From: a virus
Lineage: Duplodnaviria; Heunggongvirae; Uroviricota; Caudoviricetes
DNA length: 39,014 bases
Strand: one strand, 5' to 3'
Virus record (IMG/VR): IMGVR_UViG_2671180460_000015
Made by a program: the position numbers and the translations under genes. Below are positions 28,762 through 36,915 of the stretch, in pieces. Every line of letters starts with the position of its first letter. Position 1 is the first letter of the stretch. The notes beneath the pieces were generated by a model. It was not told the DNA's origin. It worked only from the letters and a program-made list of their open reading frames with translations, and made no database searches.

Positions 28762-29048
28762 GCCTTAATAACCCCCTCTTTCAGCCAGATAACCTGTGTT
28801 CTCGCCATACCTTCCAGCGCGCATTCTTTTGCATATGCAGCATCGACAAAATGTGTGCGGCGGTCGATTTCGTCGTGGCAGGCAGAACATGCAATGGTGG
28901 CAATCAGGTCTGGCGGTTTGGTACCGGTGCCGCACAATCCAGTCAGCCGGATATGTGCCAGTACAGACGTTTCAGGGTTACCATTACATACGCCAGGGAT
29001 TCTTACCTGGCATTCCCGACTACGCGCTGCTTTTCTCAAATCAGCCAT
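28758..29048 (-). CDS. ybcO: YbcO (DUF1364 putative nuclease, Cys-rich)
   Basis: [64 protein letters not shown]...; start trimmed from 29087. Confidence 0.85.
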   Translation of the reverse strand: MADLRKAARSRECQVRIPGVCNGNPETSVLAHIRLTGLCGTGTKPPDLIATIACSACHDEIDRRTHFVDAAYAKECALEGMARTQVIWLKEGVIKA

Positions 29049-29211
29049 GATTCCTCCTTGCTGCCAGTCGCAACCATTTTTTATCAACCAGGCTGGCGGT
29101 ATATCCGAGCAGTGTTGGTATTTCGGAAGGTTTCAGCTCCGGTTTACGCTTACGACGATTTGGTACTCTGTAGATGTGTCCGTTCATGACACGAATAAGC
29201 GGTGTAGCCAT
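29041..29211 (-). CDS. ninE: NinE
   Basis: Hand translation gives [56 protein letters not shown] (56 aa); start shares a base with the ybcN stop and the stop overlaps the ybcO start. Under 60 aa, so not in the ORF track. Confidence 0.7.
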   Translation of the reverse strand: MATPLIRVMNGHIYRVPNRRKRKPELKPSEIPTLLGYTASLVDKKWLRLAARRNHG

Positions 29212-29666
29212 TACGCCTCCTGCTTGTCACGGAGCTGCTGGAACTCGCAGCTCTGCGGAATAGTCAGATGGCAGCCAATATTCACCGCCCAGGCTTCAAC
29301 CTTACACAGGAAGACATACATCTCTCCGGTATCAAGATCGGAGGTATGGCGTAACGACTGGATAGTGGTGATATCACCGGTTACGACATCAACCAGGTCT
29401 TTGGTTTCATAACCGAGATATGTGTGTTTGAGAGCATCTTTTACCCAAGCTGGAGTGGCGAACGTTTTACCCCTGCTGATGAGGTATTCACTGATTTCGC
29501 TGTACCACATGTGGCTGAGTGCATTCTGGGAAAGACTGCGTTTCTCACGCCACGGTTTAAGCATCATGCGAAAGCATTTGCCCTCCTCCAGATAAGGCTG
29601 GATCTGCCGACCGATAGCGGTGAAGTTACCGCGATGTAATTTTATGCCGTCTTGTGGGAGGTTCAC
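29211..29666 (-). CDS. ybcN: YbcN (DNA base-flipping protein of the nin region)
   Basis: 151 aa, [62 protein letters not shown]...; matches DLP12 YbcN as recalled. Confidence 0.9.
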   Translation of the reverse strand: MNLPQDGIKLHRGNFTAIGRQIQPYLEEGKCFRMMLKPWREKRSLSQNALSHMWYSEISEYLISRGKTFATPAWVKDALKHTYLGYETKDLVDVVTGDITTIQSLRHTSDLDTGEMYVFLCKVEAWAVNIGCHLTIPQSCEFQQLRDKQEA

Positions 29667-29860
29667 GCTTCACCTCCGCAGAGGCCAAACGCTGGATGCA
29701 AAAAATCGCAGGTGCATTTCTGCATCTGTGAATGGAGAAGATAGGTTGGTTTGTATGTGCGCATAAACGTCCCCGTTTAGCGCAGAAGTCACCGGAGTTG
29801 TTCAGGCTCCAATGGCATGATTATGGCTGGTTGATTATTGGAAATCAAATGTGCTGAAAA

Positions 29861-30370
29861 TTAGTCTGCCAAGTCTTCCTCAGTCGCAACTGGGTAATTC
29901 CAAATATCAAAAAAAGCTATAGCCTCCTGCCATTTGCTCCATAAGTTATCAAGTACTTGTGTAGGTTCCGTACTTTTAAAAACAGAATCAGCCGCATCAC
30001 CGTTATGAACTTCCTCGTACAGTTCCATTATTAGCAGATTAACAAAGTACTGTTTCAACATTAATGCCTGATTACCTTCTTTCTGCTGGCTATCCTGCTT
30101 GATGATCTCCATCGCCCGTACTAGGCACCTGATGATATCCGCTGCATCATTAACGCTCCATTCAGATCCGCGCTTATCTTTAGCTGATGAATTGGCTCTC
30201 TCAGCGCAAGCCTTTAAAGACTCATAAAGGTAAACTCTATTTTGTAGCTGCAGCGCTTTTTTTGACGTGTACCAACTTGCAAGCGCCGACCCCGCTGCGG
30301 CTAATGTGCCAAACGCAGAAATACCTGCTGCTATTGCACTTAAGTCGGCACTGTCAAAGTTCCACATCAT
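29861..30370 (-). CDS. hypothetical 169-aa protein with one N-terminal hydrophobic helix; accessory gene of unknown function
   Basis: ORF in an AT-rich stretch; N-terminal DLSAIAAGISAFGTLAAAGSALASWY is a likely transmembrane segment; no lambda or DLP12 counterpart recognised. Confidence 0.6.
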   Translation of the reverse strand: MMWNFDSADLSAIAAGISAFGTLAAAGSALASWYTSKKALQLQNRVYLYESLKACAERANSSAKDKRGSEWSVNDAADIIRCLVRAMEIIKQDSQQKEGNQALMLKQYFVNLLIMELYEEVHNGDAADSVFKSTEPTQVLDNLWSKWQEAIAFFDIWNYPVATEEDLAD

Positions 30371-30688
30371 CGTTACACCTTATATAAATACCCCTCAGTA
30401 ATATCCAATAAGGTATGTGCACAATCAATATAATTTTATCCGTATCGGCACATAGCGATTTGAACGCTACTGGTAATGGTATATTTTAGATTATATCGTC
30501 CAGTTTACAGCACCCGTATTTTATGAAATGGACTCGCATATTACCCAAAAAATGCCAGCACTTCCGTCATCGTAGAATGCTGGCAGTATTTCTAACTAGT
30601 GACTTTATTGGAACAGATTCTGACGGAAATATGGTAACACTCGACTCCACTTATCATCCAGCCACGGCTGGAATTTTACATGTGCCGT

Positions 30689-30928
30689 TTATCTGGCGAG
30701 GATTGCTCGCGCTCTGTTGAGTATCTGGGGATATTCATGCTCGATAGAAGTAAAGCGGCCGGCTTCGCGGTGCTCCGCAACCTGAAGTAGTGGAGTAACG
30801 TTCTGGCAGGCAGTTAACATCACATCACCTGCTCGCCATAACCAAGCACGTGCACAAAGTTTGTTATCAGTGAATTGTTTTGTGATTGGGTATTGTTGAA
30901 CTGCTAGAACGAGAACGCCAGCATCCAT
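30689..30928 (-). CDS. possible small ORF (79 aa) or gene remnant
   Basis: Open frame with locally higher GC than its AT-rich surroundings; no recognisable family and no convincing RBS identified. Confidence 0.25.
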   Translation of the reverse strand: MDAGVLVLAVQQYPITKQFTDNKLCARAWLWRAGDVMLTACQNVTPLLQVAEHREAGRFTSIEHEYPQILNRARAILAR

Positions 30929-31039
30929 TGGCAGTCCCTATAGTAAAACCATAGCTCAGGACGCTTCGTTCAGGATAGATAATTTTATTGTACTTACCTA
31001 ACTTTCTTACTATAGCACGGTTGAAAAAGTGATTATTAC

Positions 31040-32566
31040 TCAAAAATAAACCTCACCATCAACCATATATTTGAGAGTACTTATCGCCTGCTGGGCGGAT
31101 ATTGTTTTCATTAAAGGATAGTGTTTAAAAACAATGCCATTCATAAAATAGATATCACAGGTTTTATTATCTGTATTGATTATGATTTTTTCGAATGTTT
31201 TATAGGCAAGTGTACGACATAGCTCTCGCCCATTTTTACTGGTTAAGTCAATAGCATGAAAATCACCAAGTGAACTCACCGCTTTACTCTTCAAAGTTTT
31301 TAATGATACAGAAGCCCTTCGTAATTCCTTATCTAATACTCTGATTTTTTCTGCTATAGCGGTAACTTCAGGCGCAACAGATAATGCAGCAATTAAATTA
31401 TTAATTTTCATCTGGAGCTCAATAATTTTCAACTCTAAAGTTTCATTAGCATCTTTCTTGTTTTCAACTGGTTGGATTTTACTACAATTAAAAAGCAACT
31501 CATTAATGATATTATAATCAACCAAATCTCTCTTTATTGATGGCCTGTCACATCGATGCAGTCTTCTCATCGGACAAACATAATAGCCATGCAAACTTCC
31601 AGATACCGCATGAACAATCATGGTATTACCACAAGCCTCGCACTTCATAACTGTTCGAAGTAGATTTATCAACATAGGATTTTTGCTACTATTGCTAATA
31701 CCAAAAGGTGCCAACCGAATTTCCTGCACAGCGTAAAACAAATCATCTGATATGACTCTGGGATAATAGCCAGCGATTTCACTTATTCCTTTACCTCTTG
31801 CACGATATGAAGGTACGCATATACCTATCAGAGCTTTATTCGCTAATAATTTTTCAATTACAGAAGGTCCCCATGCACTTTCTTTTCCTGAGAAATTCTT
31901 TACAGCATGATCATTTAAATACTTGGCTATTGCATTCAATGAGCGCCTTTCCATCCTGAGTTTAAAAATTAGCTCAATAGTTTTCACCCTGTCGGGGTCT
32001 GGAACAAAAGCCGTTCTTTTGTCATCCAATGAGAGCCATCTCGGACAAGACGCCGTCATAATCGTGCCTGACTCCAGTGCATCCTGCCGTTTTTTCTTCC
32101 ATGATAATTTAACCCGACTTGACTTTATCTCGCTTTCTTCATTTGCCCTTTGTGCTATAAGTATGGCTTTTATTAATGAATATGGCTCATTCAATGAGTC
32201 AATATTATAGACTGTATTATCGCAAAGAGTTATAACATCAATACCGTGATTCAAAATCAATTTCAGACGCTCAATCGCTTCACCGACTTTTTCTCTTGAA
32301 AGTCTGTCCAGACTTTCAACTAACAATGTAGTCCCTGGCAATATATAACCATGTTCTATAGCATCTAAAAATTCCGAAAAAGCTCCTGATTGTGCATGCT
32401 TTCCATTGAATGCGCTTAACCCCAAATCTTCATACGTTACGGTATCAAGGTAATAATCACTATTTACCTTTAGCCATTCAGTAATAAGCCTTCTCTGGCG
32501 GTTTAATGAATCACCAGACATCTGACCTGGTGATGAAAATCGCATATATGCTATGGCTTTTTTCAT
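31040..32566 (-). CDS. ybcK: large serine recombinase (resolvase/invertase-type N-terminal catalytic domain), YbcK-like
   Basis: 508 aa; N-terminus MKKAIAYMRFSSPGQMSGDSLNRQRRL... has the serine-recombinase catalytic motif (YxRxS...R); same length and context (next to emrE) as DLP12 ybcK. Confidence 0.85.
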   Translation of the reverse strand: MKKAIAYMRFSSPGQMSGDSLNRQRRLITEWLKVNSDYYLDTVTYEDLGLSAFNGKHAQSGAFSEFLDAIEHGYILPGTTLLVESLDRLSREKVGEAIERLKLILNHGIDVITLCDNTVYNIDSLNEPYSLIKAILIAQRANEESEIKSSRVKLSWKKKRQDALESGTIMTASCPRWLSLDDKRTAFVPDPDRVKTIELIFKLRMERRSLNAIAKYLNDHAVKNFSGKESAWGPSVIEKLLANKALIGICVPSYRARGKGISEIAGYYPRVISDDLFYAVQEIRLAPFGISNSSKNPMLINLLRTVMKCEACGNTMIVHAVSGSLHGYYVCPMRRLHRCDRPSIKRDLVDYNIINELLFNCSKIQPVENKKDANETLELKIIELQMKINNLIAALSVAPEVTAIAEKIRVLDKELRRASVSLKTLKSKAVSSLGDFHAIDLTSKNGRELCRTLAYKTFEKIIINTDNKTCDIYFMNGIVFKHYPLMKTISAQQAISTLKYMVDGEVYF

Positions 32567-32821
32567 GGTGACACCTGCTAAAGTATGCTTTTATAAACCT
32601 TAGTGGTGAGATATGATTTTTGTTTAATTTTTATTTAAAAAGACAATTAAGGTCACATTATCTTGAATATACAACAATAATCGTATTGCAATTTTCTTAC
32701 ACCATAATCTTGAAAGCACAAAAGAATGAATAAAAACTAAAGACATTAACAAAAAGCATAAAACGAGGCCCATATAAATATACGAACCTCCATATTTTAG
32801 TCGTTTAAAAACAAATTATTT

Positions 32822-33154
32822 TTAATGTGGTGTGCTTCGTGACAATAAATTAATAACCAACACACCGGCACAAATCAACATCATGCCTATAATGGCTGGC
32901 AGGTCCAACCGTTGGCCGAAAAATCCCCATGATAGTAAGCTAATCAGGACAATACCGACTCCTGACCAGATAGCATAAGCAATCCCTGTAGGAATATAAG
33001 CCAGCGTCTGAGCTAATAACCAGAATGATGCACAATAACAAATAATTGTACCAACAGATGGCCATAACCGTGTAAAACCTTCTGAAAACTTCATTAAGGT
33101 TGTACCAATGACCTCTGCAAGTATTGCACCACCAAGATAAATATAAGGATTCAT
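32822..33154 (-). CDS. emrE: small multidrug resistance efflux transporter EmrE (SMR family)
   Basis: MNPYIYLGGAILAEVIGTTLMKFSEGFTRLWPSVGTIICYCASFWLLAQTLAYIPTGIAYAIWSGVGIVLISLLSWGFFGQRLDLPAIIGMMLICAGVL.INLLSRSTPH, 110 aa; start trimmed from 33208. Confidence 0.95.
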   Translation of the reverse strand: MNPYIYLGGAILAEVIGTTLMKFSEGFTRLWPSVGTIICYCASFWLLAQTLAYIPTGIAYAIWSGVGIVLISLLSWGFFGQRLDLPAIIGMMLICAGVLVINLLSRSTPH

Positions 33155-33221
33155 AGCATATTCTTTCCTGTTCAAACTGGAGAGAATTGTACTACAGTTT
33201 GAACTCAACTCACCTGTTTCA

Positions 33222-33524
33222 TCATTGTGTACCCATTGATGTTCTTTTATATACCCTCAATACCCGTTTCATCGCGGCACTCTGGCGACACTCCTTAAAA
33301 ATCAAATTCGTGCTCACCTTTCCTTCCCATTCTTCTCTGGTAGCGAACCGATAATACACCGTTCGCCAGACCTTACCATCAACGACCAGGATTCCTGCCC
33401 GCGCCATTTTAGCCGCAGCCTGATTTATGCTGGTTACCGTTGCGCCTGTTACCGCGGCAACGTCCTGCGCACAGAATTTCTTATGAGTCCCCAGGTAATG
33501 AATAATTGCCTCTTTGCCCGTCAT
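33222..33524 (-). CDS. ren: Ren (Rex-exclusion escape protein)
   Basis: MTGKEAIIHYLGTHKKFCAQDVAAVTGATVTSINQAAAKMARAGILVVDGKVWRTVYYRFATREEWEG...; matches lambda Ren. Confidence 0.9.
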   Translation of the reverse strand: MTGKEAIIHYLGTHKKFCAQDVAAVTGATVTSINQAAAKMARAGILVVDGKVWRTVYYRFATREEWEGKVSTNLIFKECRQSAAMKRVLRVYKRTSMGTQ

Positions 33525-34222
33525 ACCCTTGCTCCTTTCAGCCCAAACTTAGCTTTGATTTCTGCGATCTTCGCCAGAGCCTGTGCACGATTTAGAGGTC
33601 TACCGCCCATGACAGGAAGTTGTTTTACTGGTTCAGGTATAGCCTCACCACGGTTAATTCGTGCGGTCATACAGGACAGTTCATCGGCAGCCTTGCGCCG
33701 TAATTCCGCGTCAGTCAACGCATTGGCCCGCATGTTCTGATACAGGTTGGTAACCAGCCAGTAGTGCGCGTTTGATTTCCACGGATAAGACTCTGCATCC
33801 GGATACAGCCCGCGCTTCCGGCAATACTCGTAAACCATATCAACCAGCTCGCTGGCGTTTGGCAGCCCAGCGGTAACGGATGCTTCTTCCCGGCACCAGG
33901 CGACAAACTGCCCGGGTGATGGCAGGAATGGTCGATTCTGCCGACGGGCTACGCGCATTCCAGCGTTAACCTGTTCCATTGTGGTGATCCCGTTTTCCCG
34001 GAAAGCCAGAACCCACTGGCGGCGGATTTCGTTCAGTTCATTCTGGTCACGGTTAGCCAGGCTCGCCGGGAAAGTTGCCAGTAACTGGCTGAACACACCG
34101 TTGATGATCTGCGCTACCTGCTGTACCTGTGGCTTTTCGTCGTACTGTTCCGGCATGTTGTTGGCGATCCGGCGCATCTGCTCACAGTCAAAGTTAACCA
34201 TCTGTGCGGCGATGTTTTTCAT
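33521..34222 (-). CDS. P: replication protein P (DnaB helicase loader)
   Basis: 233 aa, MKNIAAQMVNFDCEQMRRIANNMPEQYDEKPQVQQVAQIINGVFSQLLATF...; near-identical to lambda P. Confidence 0.95.
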   Translation of the reverse strand: MKNIAAQMVNFDCEQMRRIANNMPEQYDEKPQVQQVAQIINGVFSQLLATFPASLANRDQNELNEIRRQWVLAFRENGITTMEQVNAGMRVARRQNRPFLPSPGQFVAWCREEASVTAGLPNASELVDMVYEYCRKRGLYPDAESYPWKSNAHYWLVTNLYQNMRANALTDAELRRKAADELSCMTARINRGEAIPEPVKQLPVMGGRPLNRAQALAKIAEIKAKFGLKGARV

Positions 34223-35148
34223 AGCTCCACCCCGTAAATCCAGTCAGTGTTCGTCAGGTCGAGTTTTGGTTTGCCGGCTGTCACGCCAGCCTGTTGCTTG
34301 TTTCGGTTGATTTCGAGCTGGGTCCACTTGTCGCGGAGTTTGGCCGGACTTAGCACGTTACCGGACCAGAAGTTGTCCTGGCATGCCCAGCGGAACAGCA
34401 CGCACATGTCGCGGTGGTTACGTCCGTCACGTTCACGCATCAGGCGGATATCGTTAGCCCACCCTGCAAAATTCGGTTTTCTGGCTGATGGCGCGATGGT
34501 CTTCACCATGTCAAACATCCACTCTGCGGCGGTCAGGTCTTCTGCTGTCCCCCACTTGCTGCCGCTCTGAATTGCAGCATCCGGTTTCACCACAGGAAGA
34601 TCGTTTTCTGGTTGGTCAGAGGATTCGCCAGAATTCTCGGACGAAAAAGGTTTTATATTGTCTTTTGTTAGTTTGTCTTTTGTGTTTACCTGATTCGGGT
34701 AAACGCCTTTACCTGATTTGGGTAAACTTTTTTTACCTGATTCAGGTAAATTTACCTCTTTCAGGTAAACTTTATTTTTCTTACCTGATTCGGGTAATGT
34801 TGACCATTCACTGACCACATTATTAATGCCGATATTCCGCCCGCTCTGAATAAGAATCCCACGCTTTACCAGAACACTTTTTGCAGCAGAACACTTATGC
34901 GGCAATATCCCGGTCAATTCGGAAAGTTGCTCGTTGCTCACCCAATCCAGTTTTTTATTAAAGCCATATGTTTTGCGCATGACAGCCAGGAAGACCAGAA
35001 GCTGGTGCTGTGTTAATCCGGCCAGCATCACAGCTTCCAGCAACTCATTTGCAATGCGCGTATAACCATCATCGAGATCTGCCACGCGCGGCTCCTTTTG
35101 TGCCGCATCCGGCACTGGAAAATTGAATATCTCAGCAGTGTTTGCCAT
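34219..35148 (-). CDS. O: replication initiator O
   Basis: From MANTAEIFNFPV...RVADLDDGY the N-terminus aligns with lambda O; contains the ori iterons. The ORF is open upstream to 35238, where an ATG overlaps the stop of the preceding gene (alternative coupled start). Confidence 0.85.
   Translation of the reverse strand: MANTAEIFNFPVPDAAQKEPRVADLDDGYTRIANELLEAVMLAGLTQHQLLVFLAVMRKTYGFNKKLDWVSNEQLSELTGILPHKCSAAKSVLVKRGILIQSGRNIGINNVVSEWSTLPESGKKNKVYLKEVNLPESGKKSLPKSGKGVYPNQVNTKDKLTKDNIKPFSSENSGESSDQPENDLPVVKPDAAIQSGSKWGTAEDLTAAEWMFDMVKTIAPSARKPNFAGWANDIRLMRERDGRNHRDMCVLFRWACQDNFWSGNVLSPAKLRDKWTQLEINRNKQQAGVTAGKPKLDLTNTDWIYGVEL
34686..34799. repeat. replication origin iterons inside O: five copies of about 18 bp, TACCTGATTCGGGTAAAC-like
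   Basis: Direct repeats tacctgattcgggtaaac, tacctgatttgggtaaac, tacctgattcaggtaaat, tacctctttcaggtaaac, tacctgattcgggtaatg, flanked by an AT-rich tract; encodes the LPESGKK-type linker of O. Confidence 0.8.
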
Positions 35149-35234
35149 AATTCCTCCCGCAATGAGTGCGTTACGATTTGCACCTGAAAGTCGGTTCTGT
35201 TCCAGCAGACCGGCTTTCGCCATTTCTGAACCAG

Positions 35235-35780
35235 TCATATTGCCCCCAGCATGGTGGTGACCATCGCCATCAATGGACCAGCCAGATCCGGGTCCACACG
35301 AAACATCGACACAATGCCTTCACTCATCTCCTTCAGTTTCTGGTGGCGTGGCGCGTTGAGAATGACAGCCTGTTTTGCTTCACTGAGTTCCTTTTCCATT
35401 TCAGCCAGCCGAGCCATGAAGCTATCCTGCTCAACCAGGTGGCCGCGATAGTCCAGCGGTAGTACCGCCAGAATTGCCGGGGTCAGTTCACGCACGTTAT
35501 TTCGGTATTTTTCAGAATCGAATTTGTTATCGAGGAAGCGGAACAGCTTCTGGCGTGCACGGCTGACATCATCAGGGAAATCGATGGTGCCGCCGCCCTG
35601 CTCCCGATACTCATTCACAATGAGTGCGGCAACAACATCCTGATTATCTGCAGCCGACCAGGCGCGGACGGCATCACGGATTTTTTCGTGGCCTGGAGCT
35701 TGTTTTGTTTGAGAACGATTTATCACCGCAGTCGGGCTAAATCCGCTAGTCTGTTGGTATGTAAGTGGTTGCATAGTCAT
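35235..35780 (-). CDS. early regulatory protein at the cII position (possibly a YdaT-like CII analog)
   Basis: 181-aa ORF between cro-like and O on the pR-transcribed strand; does not resemble lambda CII (97 aa). Family assignment is inference from position and vague recall. Confidence 0.6.
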   Translation of the reverse strand: MTMQPLTYQQTSGFSPTAVINRSQTKQAPGHEKIRDAVRAWSAADNQDVVAALIVNEYREQGGGTIDFPDDVSRARQKLFRFLDNKFDSEKYRNNVRELTPAILAVLPLDYRGHLVEQDSFMARLAEMEKELSEAKQAVILNAPRHQKLKEMSEGIVSMFRVDPDLAGPLMAMVTTMLGAI

Positions 35781-35804
35781 TGCCTTATCAGTTAACGCCG
35801 CAGA

Positions 35805-36032
35805 TTAGGCGGCAGAATTACTCGCGTTAAACAATGGTGCGAGGTCGGGACGAATATCTGCTGGTTTAATCTTTCCACCAGTGGCTGAGACAATTTTCAT
35901 TACATAGCGGGCATCAATTCCGCCACCGTGTAGCCAACGCCAAACAGTGGGCTGGGCTACACCGCATAGATCTGCCAGTCGTTTTTGACTACCTGTAATA
36001 CTGATTGCGAGTTGAATGGTTTGATTTGTCAT
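35805..36032 (-). CDS. cro: Cro-like HTH repressor (Cro/YdaS type)
   Basis: 75 aa; helix-turn-helix QKRLADLCGVAQPTVWRW; divergent from cI across an operator region. Confidence 0.8.
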   Translation of the reverse strand: MTNQTIQLAISITGSQKRLADLCGVAQPTVWRWLHGGGIDARYVMKIVSATGGKIKPADIRPDLAPLFNASNSAA

Positions 36033-36142
36033 TATTAATTCCTATTGGTATTACAATGAATAAATAATAGCAATACGTATTAATCATAACAATAGCAAAA
36101 CGTGTTTTGACCATCAATACGCAAGCGTATAAATTAAAACTT
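36033..36142. promoter_or_regulatory. OR region with divergent pR and pRM candidates and AATAGCAA operator motifs
   Basis: Minus-strand pR candidate: -35 TTGTTA (36092-36087), 17-bp spacer, -10 TATTAT (36069-36064). Plus-strand pRM candidate: TTGACC (36107-36112) and TATAAA (36128-36133), placing the start at or near the cI ATG (leaderless, as in lambda). Operator motifs at 36066-36075 and 36091-36100. Confidence 0.6.
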
Positions 36143-36835
36143 ATGAAAAAAGAAACTCTTGCTGATCGCTTAAACCTAGCGATGGAACAATCTGGAATGT
36201 CTCAAGGCGCTCTTGCAAAGGCGTCTGGCGTAGCTCAACCCACAATCTGGAGACTGACAAGCGGCAACGCGCGCGGCTCAACAAAAATTGTTGAAATAGC
36301 TAATGCATTGGGTGTTCGAACAGAGTGGCTCTCATCAGGCATAGGCCCGATGAGAAATGACGGTCAACAATTAGGGAAGCCTACTGCCAACCATCCCAAA
36401 TACTTCAAGATTGACGTTCTTGATATAGAAGTGAGTGCCGGGCCGGGAGTCATCAACCGTGAGTTTGTAGAAGTTCTACGCTCGGTTGAGTACTCGTTTG
36501 ACGATGCTCGTCACATGTTCGATGGTAGGAAGGCAGAAAATATCCGCATCATTAACGTACGCGGTGACAGCATGTCAGGAACGATTGAACCTGGTGATCT
36601 TCTATTCGTTGATATCACGGTTAAATCTTTCGACGGTGATGGTATCTATGCGTTTCTGTACGACGACACAGCCCATGTAAAGCGCCTGCAAATGATGAAG
36701 GATAAGCTGCTGGTTATCTCTGATAACAAAAGCTACTCACCGTGGGACCCGATCGAGAAAGATGAGATGAACCGGGTATTTATCTTCGGGAAAGTTATTG
36801 GGAGCATGCCGCAGACGTATAGGAAGCATGGATAG
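36143..36835 (+). CDS. cI: CI-like prophage repressor (N-terminal HTH plus C-terminal LexA/S24 self-cleavage domain)
   Basis: MKKETLADRLNLAMEQSGMSQGALAKASGVAQPTIWRL... HTH; C-terminal region with GDSMSGTI (S24 peptidase Ser motif) and the catalytic Lys region. The ORF-track TTG start at 36107 is probably spurious. Confidence 0.9.
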   Translation: MKKETLADRLNLAMEQSGMSQGALAKASGVAQPTIWRLTSGNARGSTKIVEIANALGVRTEWLSSGIGPMRNDGQQLGKPTANHPKYFKIDVLDIEVSAGPGVINREFVEVLRSVEYSFDDARHMFDGRKAENIRIINVRGDSMSGTIEPGDLLFVDITVKSFDGDGIYAFLYDDTAHVKRLQMMKDKLLVISDNKSYSPWDPIEKDEMNRVFIFGKVIGSMPQTYRKHG

Positions 36836-36915
36836 TACCAATTAAAAATTATCAACCGGGCATTGTGCTCATTCAGTAAAACAACTTAATTATTCATTTT
36901 AGAATGGAGAACTTA

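Noticed and set aside
30523-30720. 65-aa + strand ORF in the AT-rich island.
   Set aside because: No RBS, overlaps the other ambiguous small ORF on the opposite strand, and has no recognisable features; most likely intergenic.
36107-36142. ORF-track TTG start that extends cI by 12 codons (MTINTQAYKLKL).
   Set aside because: The TTG coincides with the -35-like TTGACC of the proposed cI promoter; the ATG at 36143 gives the conventional repressor N-terminus.
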